Shown here in pieces: positions 32,159-42,829 of a stretch of 64,000 bases of DNA. The DNA lies in NCBI GenBank assembly GCA_965219415.1, contig CBDCNP010000002.1:4512001-4576000 (forward strand). The letters are read 5' to 3'. The notes below the pieces were generated by a model, which worked only from the letters and a program-made list of their open reading frames with translations, searched no databases and was not told the DNA's origin. A program made the translations under genes and the position numbers. Source of the DNA: Candidatus Marinacidobacterales bacterium (GTDB taxonomy: Bacteria; Acidobacteriota; Vicinamibacteria; Marinacidobacterales; DATDRI01). How positions within the stretch are numbered: position 1 is the first letter of the stretch; each line of letters starts with the position of its first letter.

Positions 32159-33897
32159 TCTACAGTGAAGAAGAGATCATGCGCCAACTGCGCCTGGGTG
32201 AGGACAGCGACTGGGAATTCAAGCAGATCGAGTTTGCCGAAAACAAACCAAGGAATCCGAGACGTGATGACTTGGCAAATGAGATCGCGGCATTCGCCAA
32301 TGCGAACGGGGGCGTGCTGCTCTGCGGCGTCACCGACGAGGGCGAGATGCAGGGCATGTCGCGCGAACAGATGGTCGCGTTGGACTCCGTCCTGGTCGAG
32401 GTAAGCACTAACTCCATAAAGCCGGCCGTTCGCATCCGCACCCATCACAGGCAACTCCCGGATGGCAAGCGATTGCTGCTGGTAGAAGTGCCGGAGGGCG
32501 ACTCGCAGCATGACAGCCCGGGTGGGAGCTATATTCGGGTGGGAGGATCGAAGCAAAAGATGACGAGTGACGAGCGGTTGCGCCTGGCGCAACGGCGGGG
32601 ACAGGCGCGTTTCCGATCGTTCGACGAGCAAACCGTTCCGGATACCGGATTCGGAACTCTGGACGAATGGCTCTGGAAGCCGCTGTTGACCGCCGAAGGC
32701 GCGGCGGACCCCGAGTCCGCGCTCGGGAAGCTGGCGCTCCTGAAACCAGACGAGGCCGGAATTCCCCGAGCCACCATAGCCGGCGTGTTGCTGTGCACCC
32801 GAAATCCCGAGCAGTGGCTTCCTAACGCCTGCATCACGGCGACCCGCTACCGGGGAAAGGAGCGCGCCTCCGGCCAGATCGATGCGCAGGAGATTACAGG
32901 CCCGCTGAACCGACAGATCGCCGACGCGGTGGCCTTCGCCGTAAGGAACATGCACGTCGCGGCGCGCAAGGAGCCAGCGCGCGTGGATCTGCCTCAATAC
33001 AGCGACAAGGCGCTGTTCGAGGCCCTGGTCAACGCCGTGGTGCATCGCGACTATTCAGTGCACGGCAGCAGAATTCGCCTGTCGATGTTCGAAGACCGCC
33101 TGGAGATTCAGTCGCCCGGCTCGCTGCCGAACAACCTGACGGTGGAGAGCATGACAACACGGCAGGCGACTCGCAACGAAGCATTGACCTCCGTGCTGGG
33201 GCGCATGCCGGTAGGGGGAGTCCGAGGCTCGCAGGACAGACAGTATTTCATGGAGCGCCGCGGAGACGGTGTTCCGATCATCCGGCGCGAAACCCAGGAA
33301 CTCTGCGGGAAACTGCCTGAATACCGATTGATCGATGACTCGGAAGTCTGCCTCGCCATTCCCGCGGCAGCGCAGGAGCAGAGTCCCGCACGTGCCGTTA
33401 TCACCGTGCGGTCCGCCGGGCGGCCCTTGCCCGGCGCCGACCTCTTGACCTTGTTTCCGAACAAGACCTGGAAGCGTGGGAGCACGGACGAAGACGGGGA
33501 GGCGACCGTCGATCTGCACACGACTCATCTCCCCATGACGGTGTTCGCCTCCGCTCTCGGGTACGCCGCGCATCTGGAACGGGAATGGGTGCCGAGCCGG
33601 GGAGCGCTCACGGTAGAGCTTGAAGCCCTACCGGAGGGCGGAAGCGTCATTTTCCCCGAGGCGACCGGCTATCTTCCGGGGCTCAAAGGGAAGCTGAATC
33701 CCATTCGCGATACCCATGACCGAACTTATCTCTATGCGTCCAACATCGCCATCAACGAAGGACGTCAGCAGCCGGTCCACTTCGTGCCCGGTGAAGACCT
33801 GCGACTGACGGACGCCGAGGGAAGCGGACTGCTTGTGTGCATCGTCGATATCGTGGGCCGTTCGGCGCTGGTGGAATATCGGCCCATAAAGCCATGA
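32155..33897 (+). CDS. AlbA_2 (Schlafen-like) plus HATPase_c_4/RecG-C-terminal-like protein with extra C-terminal domain
   Basis: [44 protein letters not shown] and ERRGDGV. Confidence 0.88.
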   Translation: MIYSEEEIMRQLRLGEDSDWEFKQIEFAENKPRNPRRDDLANEIAAFANANGGVLLCGVTDEGEMQGMSREQMVALDSVLVEVSTNSIKPAVRIRTHHRQLPDGKRLLLVEVPEGDSQHDSPGGSYIRVGGSKQKMTSDERLRLAQRRGQARFRSFDEQTVPDTGFGTLDEWLWKPLLTAEGAADPESALGKLALLKPDEAGIPRATIAGVLLCTRNPEQWLPNACITATRYRGKERASGQIDAQEITGPLNRQIADAVAFAVRNMHVAARKEPARVDLPQYSDKALFEALVNAVVHRDYSVHGSRIRLSMFEDRLEIQSPGSLPNNLTVESMTTRQATRNEALTSVLGRMPVGGVRGSQDRQYFMERRGDGVPIIRRETQELCGKLPEYRLIDDSEVCLAIPAAAQEQSPARAVITVRSAGRPLPGADLLTLFPNKTWKRGSTDEDGEATVDLHTTHLPMTVFASALGYAAHLEREWVPSRGALTVELEALPEGGSVIFPEATGYLPGLKGKLNPIRDTHDRTYLYASNIAINEGRQQPVHFVPGEDLRLTDAEGSGLLVCIVDIVGRSALVEYRPIKP

Positions 33898-33925
33898 CTG
33901 TCAGCACGGATTTCCCGCCCTGTGC

Positions 33926-34043
33926 GGTGCTTCCGCCATTAAGTGTTGGTGAGATGACGCTAAGACTTTATAGTGCATTAAATTACAGCCAAAATAGCGT
34001 TCGTGACCTTCGCTGCGCGCTAAATGGAGCGTAAGCGCTTTCC
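33926..34043 (+). repeat. B MITE, truncated
   Basis: GGTGCTTCCGCC..., 29 bp after the AlbA stop. Confidence 0.88.
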
Positions 34044-34076
34044 TAAGAAACTCCGGTGTGCGGACTCGATGCAGCC

Positions 34077-35361
34077 TGTGCATCGTCAAAACTGCTCCGC
34101 CCACGAAATCAAGGACTTACGCTCCGCTTGAATTCTGGGCCGAAGACGGCGAAACTCCGCCGCTATGTTCAACGTTGTTGTCTTCCTCGTCTCACTTGGC
34201 GTCCGTGCCATTCGGGCGATGTGTCGGCGCCGCGCCGACCTGGTGTTGGAGAACGTCGCCTTGCGGCAGCAAGTGACGGCGCTGAAGAAAGAGCGCCCAC
34301 GCCCACCGCTCGACGACACGGAACGGGCTTTCTGGGTTGCCCTTCGAGGTTCGTGGCCCGTGTGGGCGAGCCGCCTGCTCATCGTCCACGCGGACACCGT
34401 AGCCCGTTGGCATCGCGACCGATTCCGACGGTACTGGGCAATGATCTCGCAGCGCCGCCATCCTGGTCGACCCCGGATTGATGCTGAGATTCGTTGCGTC
34501 GTCCGCACGATGGCGCAAGACGGCTGGGGGGCGCCACGCATCCATGCTGAGCTCACCAAGCTCGGTTTCATCATCTCCGAGATCACGGTGTCGCGATACC
34601 TGCCGCGGCATCCCGCGGAGCCCGACCAGCTGAAACGATGGATGGCTTTCTTGCGCAACCATAAAGACGATATCGCCGCCATGGATCTGTTCACCGTGCC
34701 CACCGCGTCGCTCCGGCTGCTGTACGGCTTCTTCGTCATCGAGCACGGCCGTCGGCACATCGTTCACTTCAACGCCACGTTCCACCCGACGTCTGCTTGG
34801 GTTATTCAGCAACTGCGTGAGGCGTTTCCCTACGACACCGCTCCGAAATATCTCATCTTCGATCGCGACTTCATCTTTAGCGCTGCGGTCATCGAGTTCA
34901 TCAAAGCAACGGGCACAAAACCCGTTCGCACTTCGTTTCGCAGCCCATGGCAAAACGGAACTGCGGAGCGGTGGGTCGGCAGCTGCCGTCGCGAGCTCCT
35001 TGAGCACGTCGTGGTTCTCGGCGCATGTCATCTCATCCGGCTCGTGCGGGTTTACATCAGCTACTATCACGAGGACCGTTGCCACTTGGGGCTGAACAAG
35101 GACACACCGAGCTTGAGAACGGTCACGCACCGACCGTCTCCTACGGCGAAAGTCGTCGCACTGCCGCGAGTCGGTGGATTGCACCATCGATACGAGTGGC
35201 GAGAGGCAGCCTGAGTCAGCTTGGTCGCTCGCGTTACTCGGTTGGTCGCCGAGAAGTTCGACCTCAGCACTTTCCCTCGCGCGCTGACCACGCTCTCCAG
35301 CATGTGCTCGAGGGCGGTCCGGGCCTAGAGTCCAGTCCCGGACAAATAATGATGATGGACA
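34077..35361 (+). mobile_element. 1285-bp IS, full copy
   Basis: TGTGCATCG...GATGGACA. Confidence 0.92.
34165..35214 (+). CDS. rve DDE transposase
   Basis: Near-identical to 8396-9445. Confidence 0.92.
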   Translation: MFNVVVFLVSLGVRAIRAMCRRRADLVLENVALRQQVTALKKERPRPPLDDTERAFWVALRGSWPVWASRLLIVHADTVARWHRDRFRRYWAMISQRRHPGRPRIDAEIRCVVRTMAQDGWGAPRIHAELTKLGFIISEITVSRYLPRHPAEPDQLKRWMAFLRNHKDDIAAMDLFTVPTASLRLLYGFFVIEHGRRHIVHFNATFHPTSAWVIQQLREAFPYDTAPKYLIFDRDFIFSAAVIEFIKATGTKPVRTSFRSPWQNGTAERWVGSCRRELLEHVVVLGACHLIRLVRVYISYYHEDRCHLGLNKDTPSLRTVTHRPSPTAKVVALPRVGGLHHRYEWREAA

Positions 35362-35389
35362 GCCTCAGTGCTGTATGATTGCCTAGAAT

Positions 35390-36244
35390 ATGGAAGGGAA
35401 AACCGCGCAGTCGACGGTAGATAAGGCGGAGGACCGCGGCTCGGTCTTACAGTCGCGGGTCGAAGACAGTCTTTCACCTCCACTGAAATGGGCTGGCGGC
35501 AAGCGTTGGCAACTACCGCACCTTCTGCCTCTCTGGATGGGTCACGAAGGCCGCCGACTTGTAGAGCCGTTTTGTGGCGGCTTGGCAGTAACGCTCGGGC
35601 TAAGACCGGAACGCGCTCTACTGAATGATATTAATTCGCACCTCGTGAATTTCTATATCTGGCTTCAGCGCGGCCTTCGTCTAACACGAGTCTTCGAGAA
35701 CGATGAACGCTACTACTATGCTCAGCGTCGCAAATTCAACGCACTGTTAGAAGAAGGCAAGGGCAATTCGCGCGAAGCTGCTGCGCTCTTCTACTATTTG
35801 AACCGCACTGGGTACAACGGACTATGCCGCTTTAATCGAAGCGGGCAGTTCAACGTTCCCTTCGGTCGCTACAGCAAGATCAACTACCAGCAAGACTTCA
35901 TGAAACACGAGGCCCTATTCAAGAATTGGCAATTCACGTGTGTGGATTTCGAAGAGATCGACCTGAACGCCAGTGATTTCGTCTATGCAGACCCTCCATA
36001 CGATGTGCAGTTCACGCAATACTTCAAGGGAGGCTTCGACTGGGAGGATCAGGTCAGAACAGCTCAATGGGTGTCGCGGCATGAAGGTCCAACAGTCCTC
36101 GTCAATCAGGCAACTGAACGAATCGTTGAGCTCTACGGCCGCTTGGGCTTCAAACTGAAATTTCTATCTGCTCCCAGGCGCATAAGCTGCACGGGGGACC
36201 GGAGGCCAGCAAAAGAGGTACTTGCATTCCTAAATTTGGAATAG
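35390..36244 (+). CDS. Dam-family (D12 class) N6-adenine DNA methyltransferase
   Basis: LKWAGGK, EPFCGG, YNGLCRFN..G.FNVPFG and DPPY. Confidence 0.93.
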   Translation: MEGKTAQSTVDKAEDRGSVLQSRVEDSLSPPLKWAGGKRWQLPHLLPLWMGHEGRRLVEPFCGGLAVTLGLRPERALLNDINSHLVNFYIWLQRGLRLTRVFENDERYYYAQRRKFNALLEEGKGNSREAAALFYYLNRTGYNGLCRFNRSGQFNVPFGRYSKINYQQDFMKHEALFKNWQFTCVDFEEIDLNASDFVYADPPYDVQFTQYFKGGFDWEDQVRTAQWVSRHEGPTVLVNQATERIVELYGRLGFKLKFLSAPRRISCTGDRRPAKEVLAFLNLE

Positions 36245-36247
36245 CAA

Positions 36248-36658
36248 ATGTCTCGGAAAGACACCGGCAGAGTGCTGGAGCAAATGATCCTGCCTACTCT
36301 AGAACGCGCAGGCTACGGCTGCGCTACCGGCGTTACGGTAGGTCTTCGGCTGGGCACTGGTCGCCATGTCGTTGATGTCGTCGCGGAACGAGACGGACTC
36401 CGTTACCTAATATCTTTGAAGTGGCAACAGGTTGCTGGAACCTCGGAACAGAAGGTTCCCTTTGAGATCATCTGTCTAAGTGAGGCTCTAGAGGGCGGCG
36501 ACTACGCGGGTGCCTATTTGATGCTCGACGGGGAACGCTGGCGCTTTCGAGATTTTTTCATTTCAGATCACATCAAAGCCTACATGCACGTATCCGACCT
36601 CATAGACATCATCACACTCGAAGCCTTGATTGCGGAAGTCAACAGTGAGGGGCTGTGA
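36248..36658 (+). CDS. Small PD-(D/E)XK nuclease-superfamily protein
   Basis: HVVDVV...ISLKWQQVAGTSEQK, directly after the MTase. Confidence 0.75.
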   Translation: MSRKDTGRVLEQMILPTLERAGYGCATGVTVGLRLGTGRHVVDVVAERDGLRYLISLKWQQVAGTSEQKVPFEIICLSEALEGGDYAGAYLMLDGERWRFRDFFISDHIKAYMHVSDLIDIITLEALIAEVNSEGL

Positions 36659-37449
36659 GAATGGCCGAGGGCCGAGGTACTGACAAACAGAGGAAAGCCC
36701 TTGAATTTTTCAGGAAACACCACCTGTCCCAACTACCGTTTTCCCTGGACGAATTCGCCAAGGCGACTGGCTGGACGGGAACGAGCGCCCCGACCTATTT
36801 ATCGAAGCAGTATGTTGTGTTCACGAGGAAGGTGGACGGTGGGCGCTACGTGGTTACCCAAGCGTTTCGCCGCTATAGAAGATGGAAGGCCTTTCGCGAA
36901 CTCGTAACGCAGGCTCGAAGAGCTCCCGAGTACTATTACAAGGCTTACGATCGTGTGCGCGTTTATGAGTTCTTATTACCATTGTCCAATGAAGAGCATC
37001 TCAAGGGCGTCCTCGATACGCTCTTTTACCAAGACACGATTAGAGCGCGACTCGGCGTTATCTCACGAACTGTGCTTGAACGCGAGTTCTCTCGTAAAGA
37101 GGGAGAAGACGACGACAAATATTTTAGCCGCTTGTTTCGTTGGCTCTCTGAGCGCTTCAGCGGCTATTCGGTTTATCACGTACAAGGTCGCTTCCGCGCA
37201 ACCGATTTGGCTTCCCGTGCAAGAGCGGCCGGAATGGAAGAGATGGGCGAACGGTACCTCATCGACGAGACTACGGCCATCGCCCGCTTTATTTTCCCGT
37301 GTTCTAGCCAGACCGAAGCGGACGCGATTCACTTTTTCTTCTGGGAATTGTTCGTCGAAAGCATCGTCGAGGTCGTCAGCGGCCAGGATCAAATCTGGAT
37401 GGTCGAAAGCGGCATGCAGGACCGGGTTCACATTTGGAAAACAAAGTAG
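36655..37449 (+). CDS. Hypothetical protein with possible N-terminal winged HTH
   Basis: GTGA overlap and FSLDEFAKATGWTGTSAPTYLSK. Confidence 0.7.
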   Translation: MRMAEGRGTDKQRKALEFFRKHHLSQLPFSLDEFAKATGWTGTSAPTYLSKQYVVFTRKVDGGRYVVTQAFRRYRRWKAFRELVTQARRAPEYYYKAYDRVRVYEFLLPLSNEEHLKGVLDTLFYQDTIRARLGVISRTVLEREFSRKEGEDDDKYFSRLFRWLSERFSGYSVYHVQGRFRATDLASRARAAGMEEMGERYLIDETTAIARFIFPCSSQTEADAIHFFFWELFVESIVEVVSGQDQIWMVESGMQDRVHIWKTK

Positions 37450-37458
37450 TCCCGTACG

Positions 37459-37800
37459 ATGGACAACACGCGCGAATGGCTCCGTGAGAACGGATACGAG
37501 GATGTTTTGACGCGCATCCAGGAGCTGGAAGCACGATGGAAGGCAGAAGGCAAGAAGACTCGTCGCAATTGGTGGGAAGTTCTTGCGGGGAGTAAGACCG
37601 GTCAGCCAAGAACCATCGGCGGCCATGAGTTCCCAGTCCTAAGATCGGCTCGGGTCCGGGAAGGGCTGCCTATCACACCGAACGCGATTCAGCGCGATCC
37701 GAACGAGAAAGCACCGCCGGTACGTACAACGGGTCGCTGGCCCTCAACGGCAAAGAAACTTACTCGGTCTGGACGCCGCCGACGAAGATCCAAGCAATAG
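37459..37800 (+). CDS. Small basic hypothetical protein in the MTase operon
   Basis: 113-aa ORF 9 nt after the previous stop. Confidence 0.65.
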   Translation: MDNTREWLRENGYEDVLTRIQELEARWKAEGKKTRRNWWEVLAGSKTGQPRTIGGHEFPVLRSARVREGLPITPNAIQRDPNEKAPPVRTTGRWPSTAKKLTRSGRRRRRSKQ

Positions 37801-37842
37801 ACGTGAAGCGTGCAAAAGCTGGGTTGAGATCCTAAGTAAAGC

Positions 37843-38200
37843 TGTGCCTTCTATTTATTCATCCGCGGGTGCTTGCGCTGTTTACTGTTGGTGATGTGTA
37901 CGCATCCCTTTGCAAAAGAGGCGCTTACGCTCCATTTAGCGCGCAGCGAAGGCGTCCTGTCCAAAAACACAAACGAACTCAAGACTGGCGCGCCGGGCCG
38001 TTTCGATCGCGTCGTATCCAAAAATACAAACGAACTCAAGATCGGCACGCCGTGACGTTTCGGAATAGACGTGTATACGCTGGGTTGGCCGATGGGAGCT
38101 GGAATCCCTCGGTCATGAGGACGCCGATCGCCGATCCAGCCTTTGACACTGTTGATGGTTGCCGTCGCTGGTTGGCTCCAGCGTGACCAACAGGCCGCTA
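37843..38200. repeat. Repeat stack: C tip (37843-37867), B (37868-37952), D (37953-38009), D with transposase start (38010-38200)
   Basis: Contiguous family matches with no spacer DNA. Confidence 0.87.
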
Positions 38201-38535
38201 CCGTCTACTTACTCGAGGAGAATGGAAGGAGCAGCTCCCCTTCTACGAATTCCCGCAGGCGATGTGGAAGTCGATCCGAATGACGAACGCCTTGGAGAAC
38301 CTGAATCGCGAGTTCCGACAACGCACGAAGACGCAGGCATCATTCACCACGGAGGCGTCAGAGGTCGGCTTGCTGTTCGGGCTTGTCGCTTCTGGCTAGA
38401 TCAGACTACGTCGCATTGATGGCTACCAACACCTCGCAGAAGTTCTTGCTCAAGGCGAGGTCACCGCGTGATCTGATACCTTCACAAGGAACGGGAGGTG
38501 CGCCGTTCTTTTTCCACGGGAGTCGAGACGCGTCC
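38201..38535 (+). pseudogene. IS256-family 3' remnant with probable right end
   Basis: TNALENLNREFRQRTKTQASF, then TTTTTCCACGGGAGTCGAGACGCGTCC. Confidence 0.75.
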
Positions 38536-38581
38536 GCTTCGACAGACCAATGCGAGTCTCTTGAATCTCGGAGGGTTCAAT

Positions 38582-38845
38582 ATGCAGGAATGCCAGGAAG
38601 ATCACCGATATTGGAAGACGTTCGAGTCACTTCCCCTTGATCAGGGGGGCGCTGGTAGACATAGGTGTGTTGGCTGCGCATATGAAAAGGGGCTCAAGGA
38701 TGGACTCGCTCGAAAGGAGCAACTTGACCTGTCTCTTGACAGTCTTCTGGAGAGCCAGGCCGGATCAGTTCGCCACCGGAGTCCCCATGCCGGTTACGCA
38801 GAGGGGTATCTCCATGGCGTGTACAGGTCGTACGAGGACTCGTAG
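38582..38845 (+). CDS. Small Cys/His-containing hypothetical protein
   Basis: GGAGG SD and C..DH...GRHRCVGCAY. Confidence 0.6.
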   Translation: MQECQEDHRYWKTFESLPLDQGGAGRHRCVGCAYEKGLKDGLARKEQLDLSLDSLLESQAGSVRHRSPHAGYAEGYLHGVYRSYEDS

Positions 38846-38903
38846 AGCGCCATCGAAAAATGGACTGACCCGCTTCTTACTGATATCCATGCGTGCTCTA
38901 GGT

Positions 38904-39055
38904 GCCTCAGTGCTGTATGATTGCCTAGAATATGGAAGGGGAAACCGCGCAGTCGACGGTAGATAAGGCGAAGGACGGCGGCTCGGTCTTACAGTCGCGG
39001 GTCGAAGACAGTCTTTCACCTCCACTGAATGGGCTGGCGGCAAGCATTGGCAACT
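38904..39055 (+). repeat. Direct repeat of 35362-35514 (promoter and 5' end of the Dam-like gene, frameshifted)
   Basis: GCCTCAGTGCTGTATGATTGCCTAGAATATGGAAGGG...GGCAACT. Confidence 0.9.
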
Positions 39056-40340
39056 TGTGCATCGTCAAAACTGCTCCGCCCACGAAATCAAGGACTTACG
39101 CTCCGCTTGAATTCCGGGCCGAAGACGGCGAAACTCCGCCGCTATGTTCAACGTTGTTGTCTTCCTCGTCTCACTTGGCGTCCGTGCCATTCGGGCGATG
39201 TGTCGGCGCCGCGCCGACCTGGTGTTGGAGAACGTCGCTTTGCGGCAGCAAGTGACGGCGCTGAAGAAAGAGCGCCCACGCCCACCGCTCGAAGACACGG
39301 AACGGGCTTTCTGGGTTGCCCTTCGAGGTTCGTGGCCCGTGTGGGCGAGCCGCCTTCTCATCGTCCACGCGGACACCGTGGCCCGTTGGCATTGCGACCG
39401 ATTCCGACGGTACTGGGCAAATATCTCGCAGCGCCGCCATCCCGGTCGGCCTCGGATTGATGCCGAGATTCGCCGCCTCGTCCGCACGATGGCGCAAGAC
39501 GGCTGGGGGGCGCCACGCATCCATGCTGAGCTCACCAAGCTCGGTTTCATCATCTCCGAGATTACGGTGTCGCGATACCTGCCGCGGCATCCCGCGGAGC
39601 CCGACCAGCTGAAGCGATGGATGGCTTTCTTGCGCAACCATAAAGACGATATCGCCGCCATGGATCTGTTCACCGTGCCCACCGCGTCGCTCCGGCTGCT
39701 GTACGGCTTCTTCGTCATCGCGCACGGTCGCCGGCACATCGTTCACTTCAACGCCACGTTCCACCCGACGTCTGCTTGGGTTATTCAGCAACTGCGTGAG
39801 GCGTTTCCCTACGACACCGCTCCGAAATATCTCATCTTCGATCGCGACTTCATCTTTAGCGCTGCGGTCATCGAGTTCATCAAAGCAACGGGCACAAAAC
39901 CCGTTCGCACTTCGTTTTGCAGCCCATGGCAAAACGGAACCGCGGAGCGGTGGGTCGGCAGCTGCCGTCGCGAGCTCCTTGAGCACGTCGTGGTTCTCGG
40001 CGCATGTCATCTCATCCGGCTCGTGCAAGCTTACATCAGCTACTATCATGAGGACCGTTGCCACTTGGGGCTGAACAAGGACACACCGAGCTTGAGAGCG
40101 GTCACGCACCGACCGTCTCCTACGGCGAAAGTCGTCGCACTGCCGCGAGTCGGTGGATTGCACCATCGATACGAGTGGCGAGAGGCAGCCTGAGTCAGCT
40201 TGGTCGCTCGCGTTACTCGGCTGGTCGCCGAGAAGTTCGTCCTCAGCACTTTCCCTCGCGCGCTGACCACGCTCTCCAGCATGTGCTCGAGGGCGGTCCG
40301 GGCCTAGAGTCCAGTCCCGGATTAATAATGATGATGGACA
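39056..40340 (+). mobile_element. 1285-bp IS, full copy
   Basis: TGTGCATCG...GATGGACA. Confidence 0.92.
39144..40193 (+). CDS. rve DDE transposase
   Basis: Near-identical to 8396-9445. Confidence 0.92.
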   Translation: MFNVVVFLVSLGVRAIRAMCRRRADLVLENVALRQQVTALKKERPRPPLEDTERAFWVALRGSWPVWASRLLIVHADTVARWHCDRFRRYWANISQRRHPGRPRIDAEIRRLVRTMAQDGWGAPRIHAELTKLGFIISEITVSRYLPRHPAEPDQLKRWMAFLRNHKDDIAAMDLFTVPTASLRLLYGFFVIAHGRRHIVHFNATFHPTSAWVIQQLREAFPYDTAPKYLIFDRDFIFSAAVIEFIKATGTKPVRTSFCSPWQNGTAERWVGSCRRELLEHVVVLGACHLIRLVQAYISYYHEDRCHLGLNKDTPSLRAVTHRPSPTAKVVALPRVGGLHHRYEWREAA

Positions 40341-40709
40341 ATAATCGCCCTTTTTCTACCGGGAGACCGGTGCTTCCACCATGCACTGTGGGCAGCAGGC
40401 CCCAAGCCGTGTGTGTGGCTCGGTTCGATCAGGTCCACTCGCTGATGGGACAACTTCGAAGGAAATGACACCGGCGGCATGGGCTCCGCACAAACTTGAC
40501 CGGATTGAGGACCTGCAGTGGGATCCACCCGAGTTGTCCTTCATCACTGAACGTCACGGTGCAATGGTCGTAGGAGAGTCATCAAGAGAAGAAATACAGA
40601 GATGGACCGTCAACCTTGATACCCTCACCGCGATGGCCAGCATCTGTGGATTCCGTCAGAAGACGCCAGCACAGCCATGGCTGAACATTGCTCCCTCTTT
40701 CAGATCACG

Positions 40710-41978
40710 TCATTCAGTGCCATCGTCCCGATTCTCGAGAGCCTCGCGAATTTGCTGCACTGTTGCGTCGATAATCTCGAACCATTTCGGGCCGCGGGTG
40801 ACCAACGGGTCAAGCCGTTCGCCCTTCTTCATGCCCTTGCCGACCCCCTCATACTCCTTGCCGGACGGGGTACGGTGCTTGTAAACGGCAGCGCCCGGAA
40901 TCAGGGCCGCGACCTGGTCCAAGTAGCGCCGATAGATCGAGCTGTCGAGCCCGAGCTTGACACAGCGTCGAGACAGCCAGTGTGTGTTCTGGAGTGTCCC
41001 TCTCCGGTTGAGCTGCCCAAACGTGAAGGAATGGCCGGTCTCGGCGTCTTCGTATTTCAGCAGTGGTCCCGCATCTCCCCACGTGATCGTCAGGCCATGT
41101 GCCGGGGCGTGCTCAATCGCCCACTCTGCGAACCTGACGACCTCGGGCGAGCTTGAGCGTGACAGCTGCTCGAGGAAATCGCTCTCGGTGATCTTCGCTC
41201 GTCTGCTCTGCGCTTCGGCCGCCACGGAGGGGACCGAGACGCGGACCTCGTCCGGTGGCACCGTCGTTTTGATCTCGACCACCGCGCGCGTCACCTCGCG
41301 AGTCCGCGCAACGATCCGCGGCTGCACATAGAACTCTGGCGGCTCTGCCTTGGGATCGAGGGCATACAACCCCATCTCCACCAAGCCCAGGGTGAATTGC
41401 AGCCGGGGAGTCTGGTTGAGAAAGTCGGCCATCTGCTCGACGCCTTCGTGAATGCCGTCACCGACAATCAGCAACACAAAACGGCCGAGCCGCAAGTTTC
41501 GATTCACGCGATCGACAAACTCCCGTTCATTCACGCCCTCTTCGCCGTCGTCCACCAGCTCGACCAGCGGGTCGGCGGACGCCAAGGCACCGCCCTTGCG
41601 GCTGTCCAGTACCGCCTGTCGTAACTCGTTGTACGTCCAGGTTGAGACGTGCGAGGCGTAGTCAATGAGCTGCGCGACGACGGTTCGGCGCGCCTCGGGA
41701 TTCCGCCAGAGTTTCGTTTCGACGAGCGTCAAGTAGCCCTCGTCGTTCATGAAGACCAGATCGATGAACCCACTCCCGACCCGCAACTCACGCGCCAGCG
41801 GGTGCAGCCGATCAAAGATCGGCTCGATGTCTCCGACAGGGATCAGCGTCGGGTGTGCGAACAGCAAAGCTTGCAGGTCGGCCTCCTTAAACGTTCGCTC
41901 GTCGAGTGGAACGTGACGAAGCACCGTTGCCGTGCCGTTGCGGATGAGAACTGGTGTCACGAACTGTCTGGCTTTCAT
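40710..41978 (-). CDS. PD-(D/E)XK (NucS/DUF91-like) nuclease-domain protein
   Basis: EADLQ..L and GFIDLVF...LTLVETKLWRNPEARRTVVAQLIDYA. Confidence 0.8.
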   Translation of the reverse strand: MKARQFVTPVLIRNGTATVLRHVPLDERTFKEADLQALLFAHPTLIPVGDIEPIFDRLHPLARELRVGSGFIDLVFMNDEGYLTLVETKLWRNPEARRTVVAQLIDYASHVSTWTYNELRQAVLDSRKGGALASADPLVELVDDGEEGVNEREFVDRVNRNLRLGRFVLLIVGDGIHEGVEQMADFLNQTPRLQFTLGLVEMGLYALDPKAEPPEFYVQPRIVARTREVTRAVVEIKTTVPPDEVRVSVPSVAAEAQSRRAKITESDFLEQLSRSSSPEVVRFAEWAIEHAPAHGLTITWGDAGPLLKYEDAETGHSFTFGQLNRRGTLQNTHWLSRRCVKLGLDSSIYRRYLDQVAALIPGAAVYKHRTPSGKEYEGVGKGMKKGERLDPLVTRGPKWFEIIDATVQQIREALENRDDGTE

Positions 41979-42132
41979 CGGGGACCGCCCTTCTCATTGA
42001 AGCCAGCCAGCCAACGGGACTGCGATTGACCTTGTCCCCGCTCGGCGCAGAGTTGCTGCAAGGACACTTGCAACGTCTTGGACACGTCAACCATACAGAT
42101 TCTCCTCTCGGCTCGGTGAACACGCGGCACGT

Positions 42133-42243
42133 GGTGCTTGCGCTGTTTACTGTTGGTGATGTGCACGCATCCGCGGATTCCAAGGGCGTCTAAGCTGCTG
42201 ATTTGTGGTCTATTTCAAAAGGGCCGAGTTTTGGCACAGGACG
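42133..42243. repeat. B end (42133-42172) fused to C'-A end (42173-42243)
   Basis: GGTGCTTGCGC...CATCC|GCGGATTCCAAGGG...GGCACAGGACG. Confidence 0.87.
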
Positions 42244-42256
42244 GGAGCGAGGTCGC

Positions 42257-42829
42257 CTACCCCAAGTGACGATCGATGTCGTTGATCCACAGGCCGAGAA
42301 GCGTGCCGCGTTTGAATCCCTGATTCTTGTGCCCCAGGTCTTTGCGAATAGCGTTCAGAAGCTTCTCGTACTGAAACAACATTTTAATCGGATTTCCACC
42401 ATCAATGAACGCCATCCGCAATGCACGAAACTCTCGCACCACCTCATCAGAACCCCACACAACGAGTTGTTCTGTGACTGTGACAAAGAACCGCATCAAC
42501 TCTTGCTCCGTCGGTGGCTTTTCGCCGACCTTTTCGGCAAAATGAACCTTGAACAGCATGCCAATGATGGTCTCGTAGATCGGCTTCTTCTTTTCACGAA
42601 GCTCTTGACGAACGGCAACCATTGCCTCGATACGCTTAGACATTACAAGGGAGAATGTCGACACGGTGATCGTGCCTGCCGCCGCCACTACAGCAATAGC
42701 AACGTCCGATTGCATCGACGCAAGACTCGATATCAGCGCCGCGACAAATAGGTACGCTCCCCAGCCGATCAGGCCAAGCAAGAGGAAACCCAACACCGCC
42801 TGCGCCGCGGACTTTACGCGCGTATTCAT
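42257..42829 (-). CDS. Hypothetical 2-TM membrane protein
   Basis: Two N-terminal helices and C-terminal LLNAIRKDLGH. The stop is 14 nt from the A end. Confidence 0.7.
   Translation of the reverse strand: MNTRVKSAAQAVLGFLLLGLIGWGAYLFVAALISSLASMQSDVAIAVVAAAGTITVSTFSLVMSKRIEAMVAVRQELREKKKPIYETIIGMLFKVHFAEKVGEKPPTEQELMRFFVTVTEQLVVWGSDEVVREFRALRMAFIDGGNPIKMLFQYEKLLNAIRKDLGHKNQGFKRGTLLGLWINDIDRHLG

Noticed and set aside
34074-35364. GCC as a 3-bp TSD of the IS copy
   Set aside because: The duplicate at 38904 shows different native upstream sequence, so the flanks were not originally contiguous.
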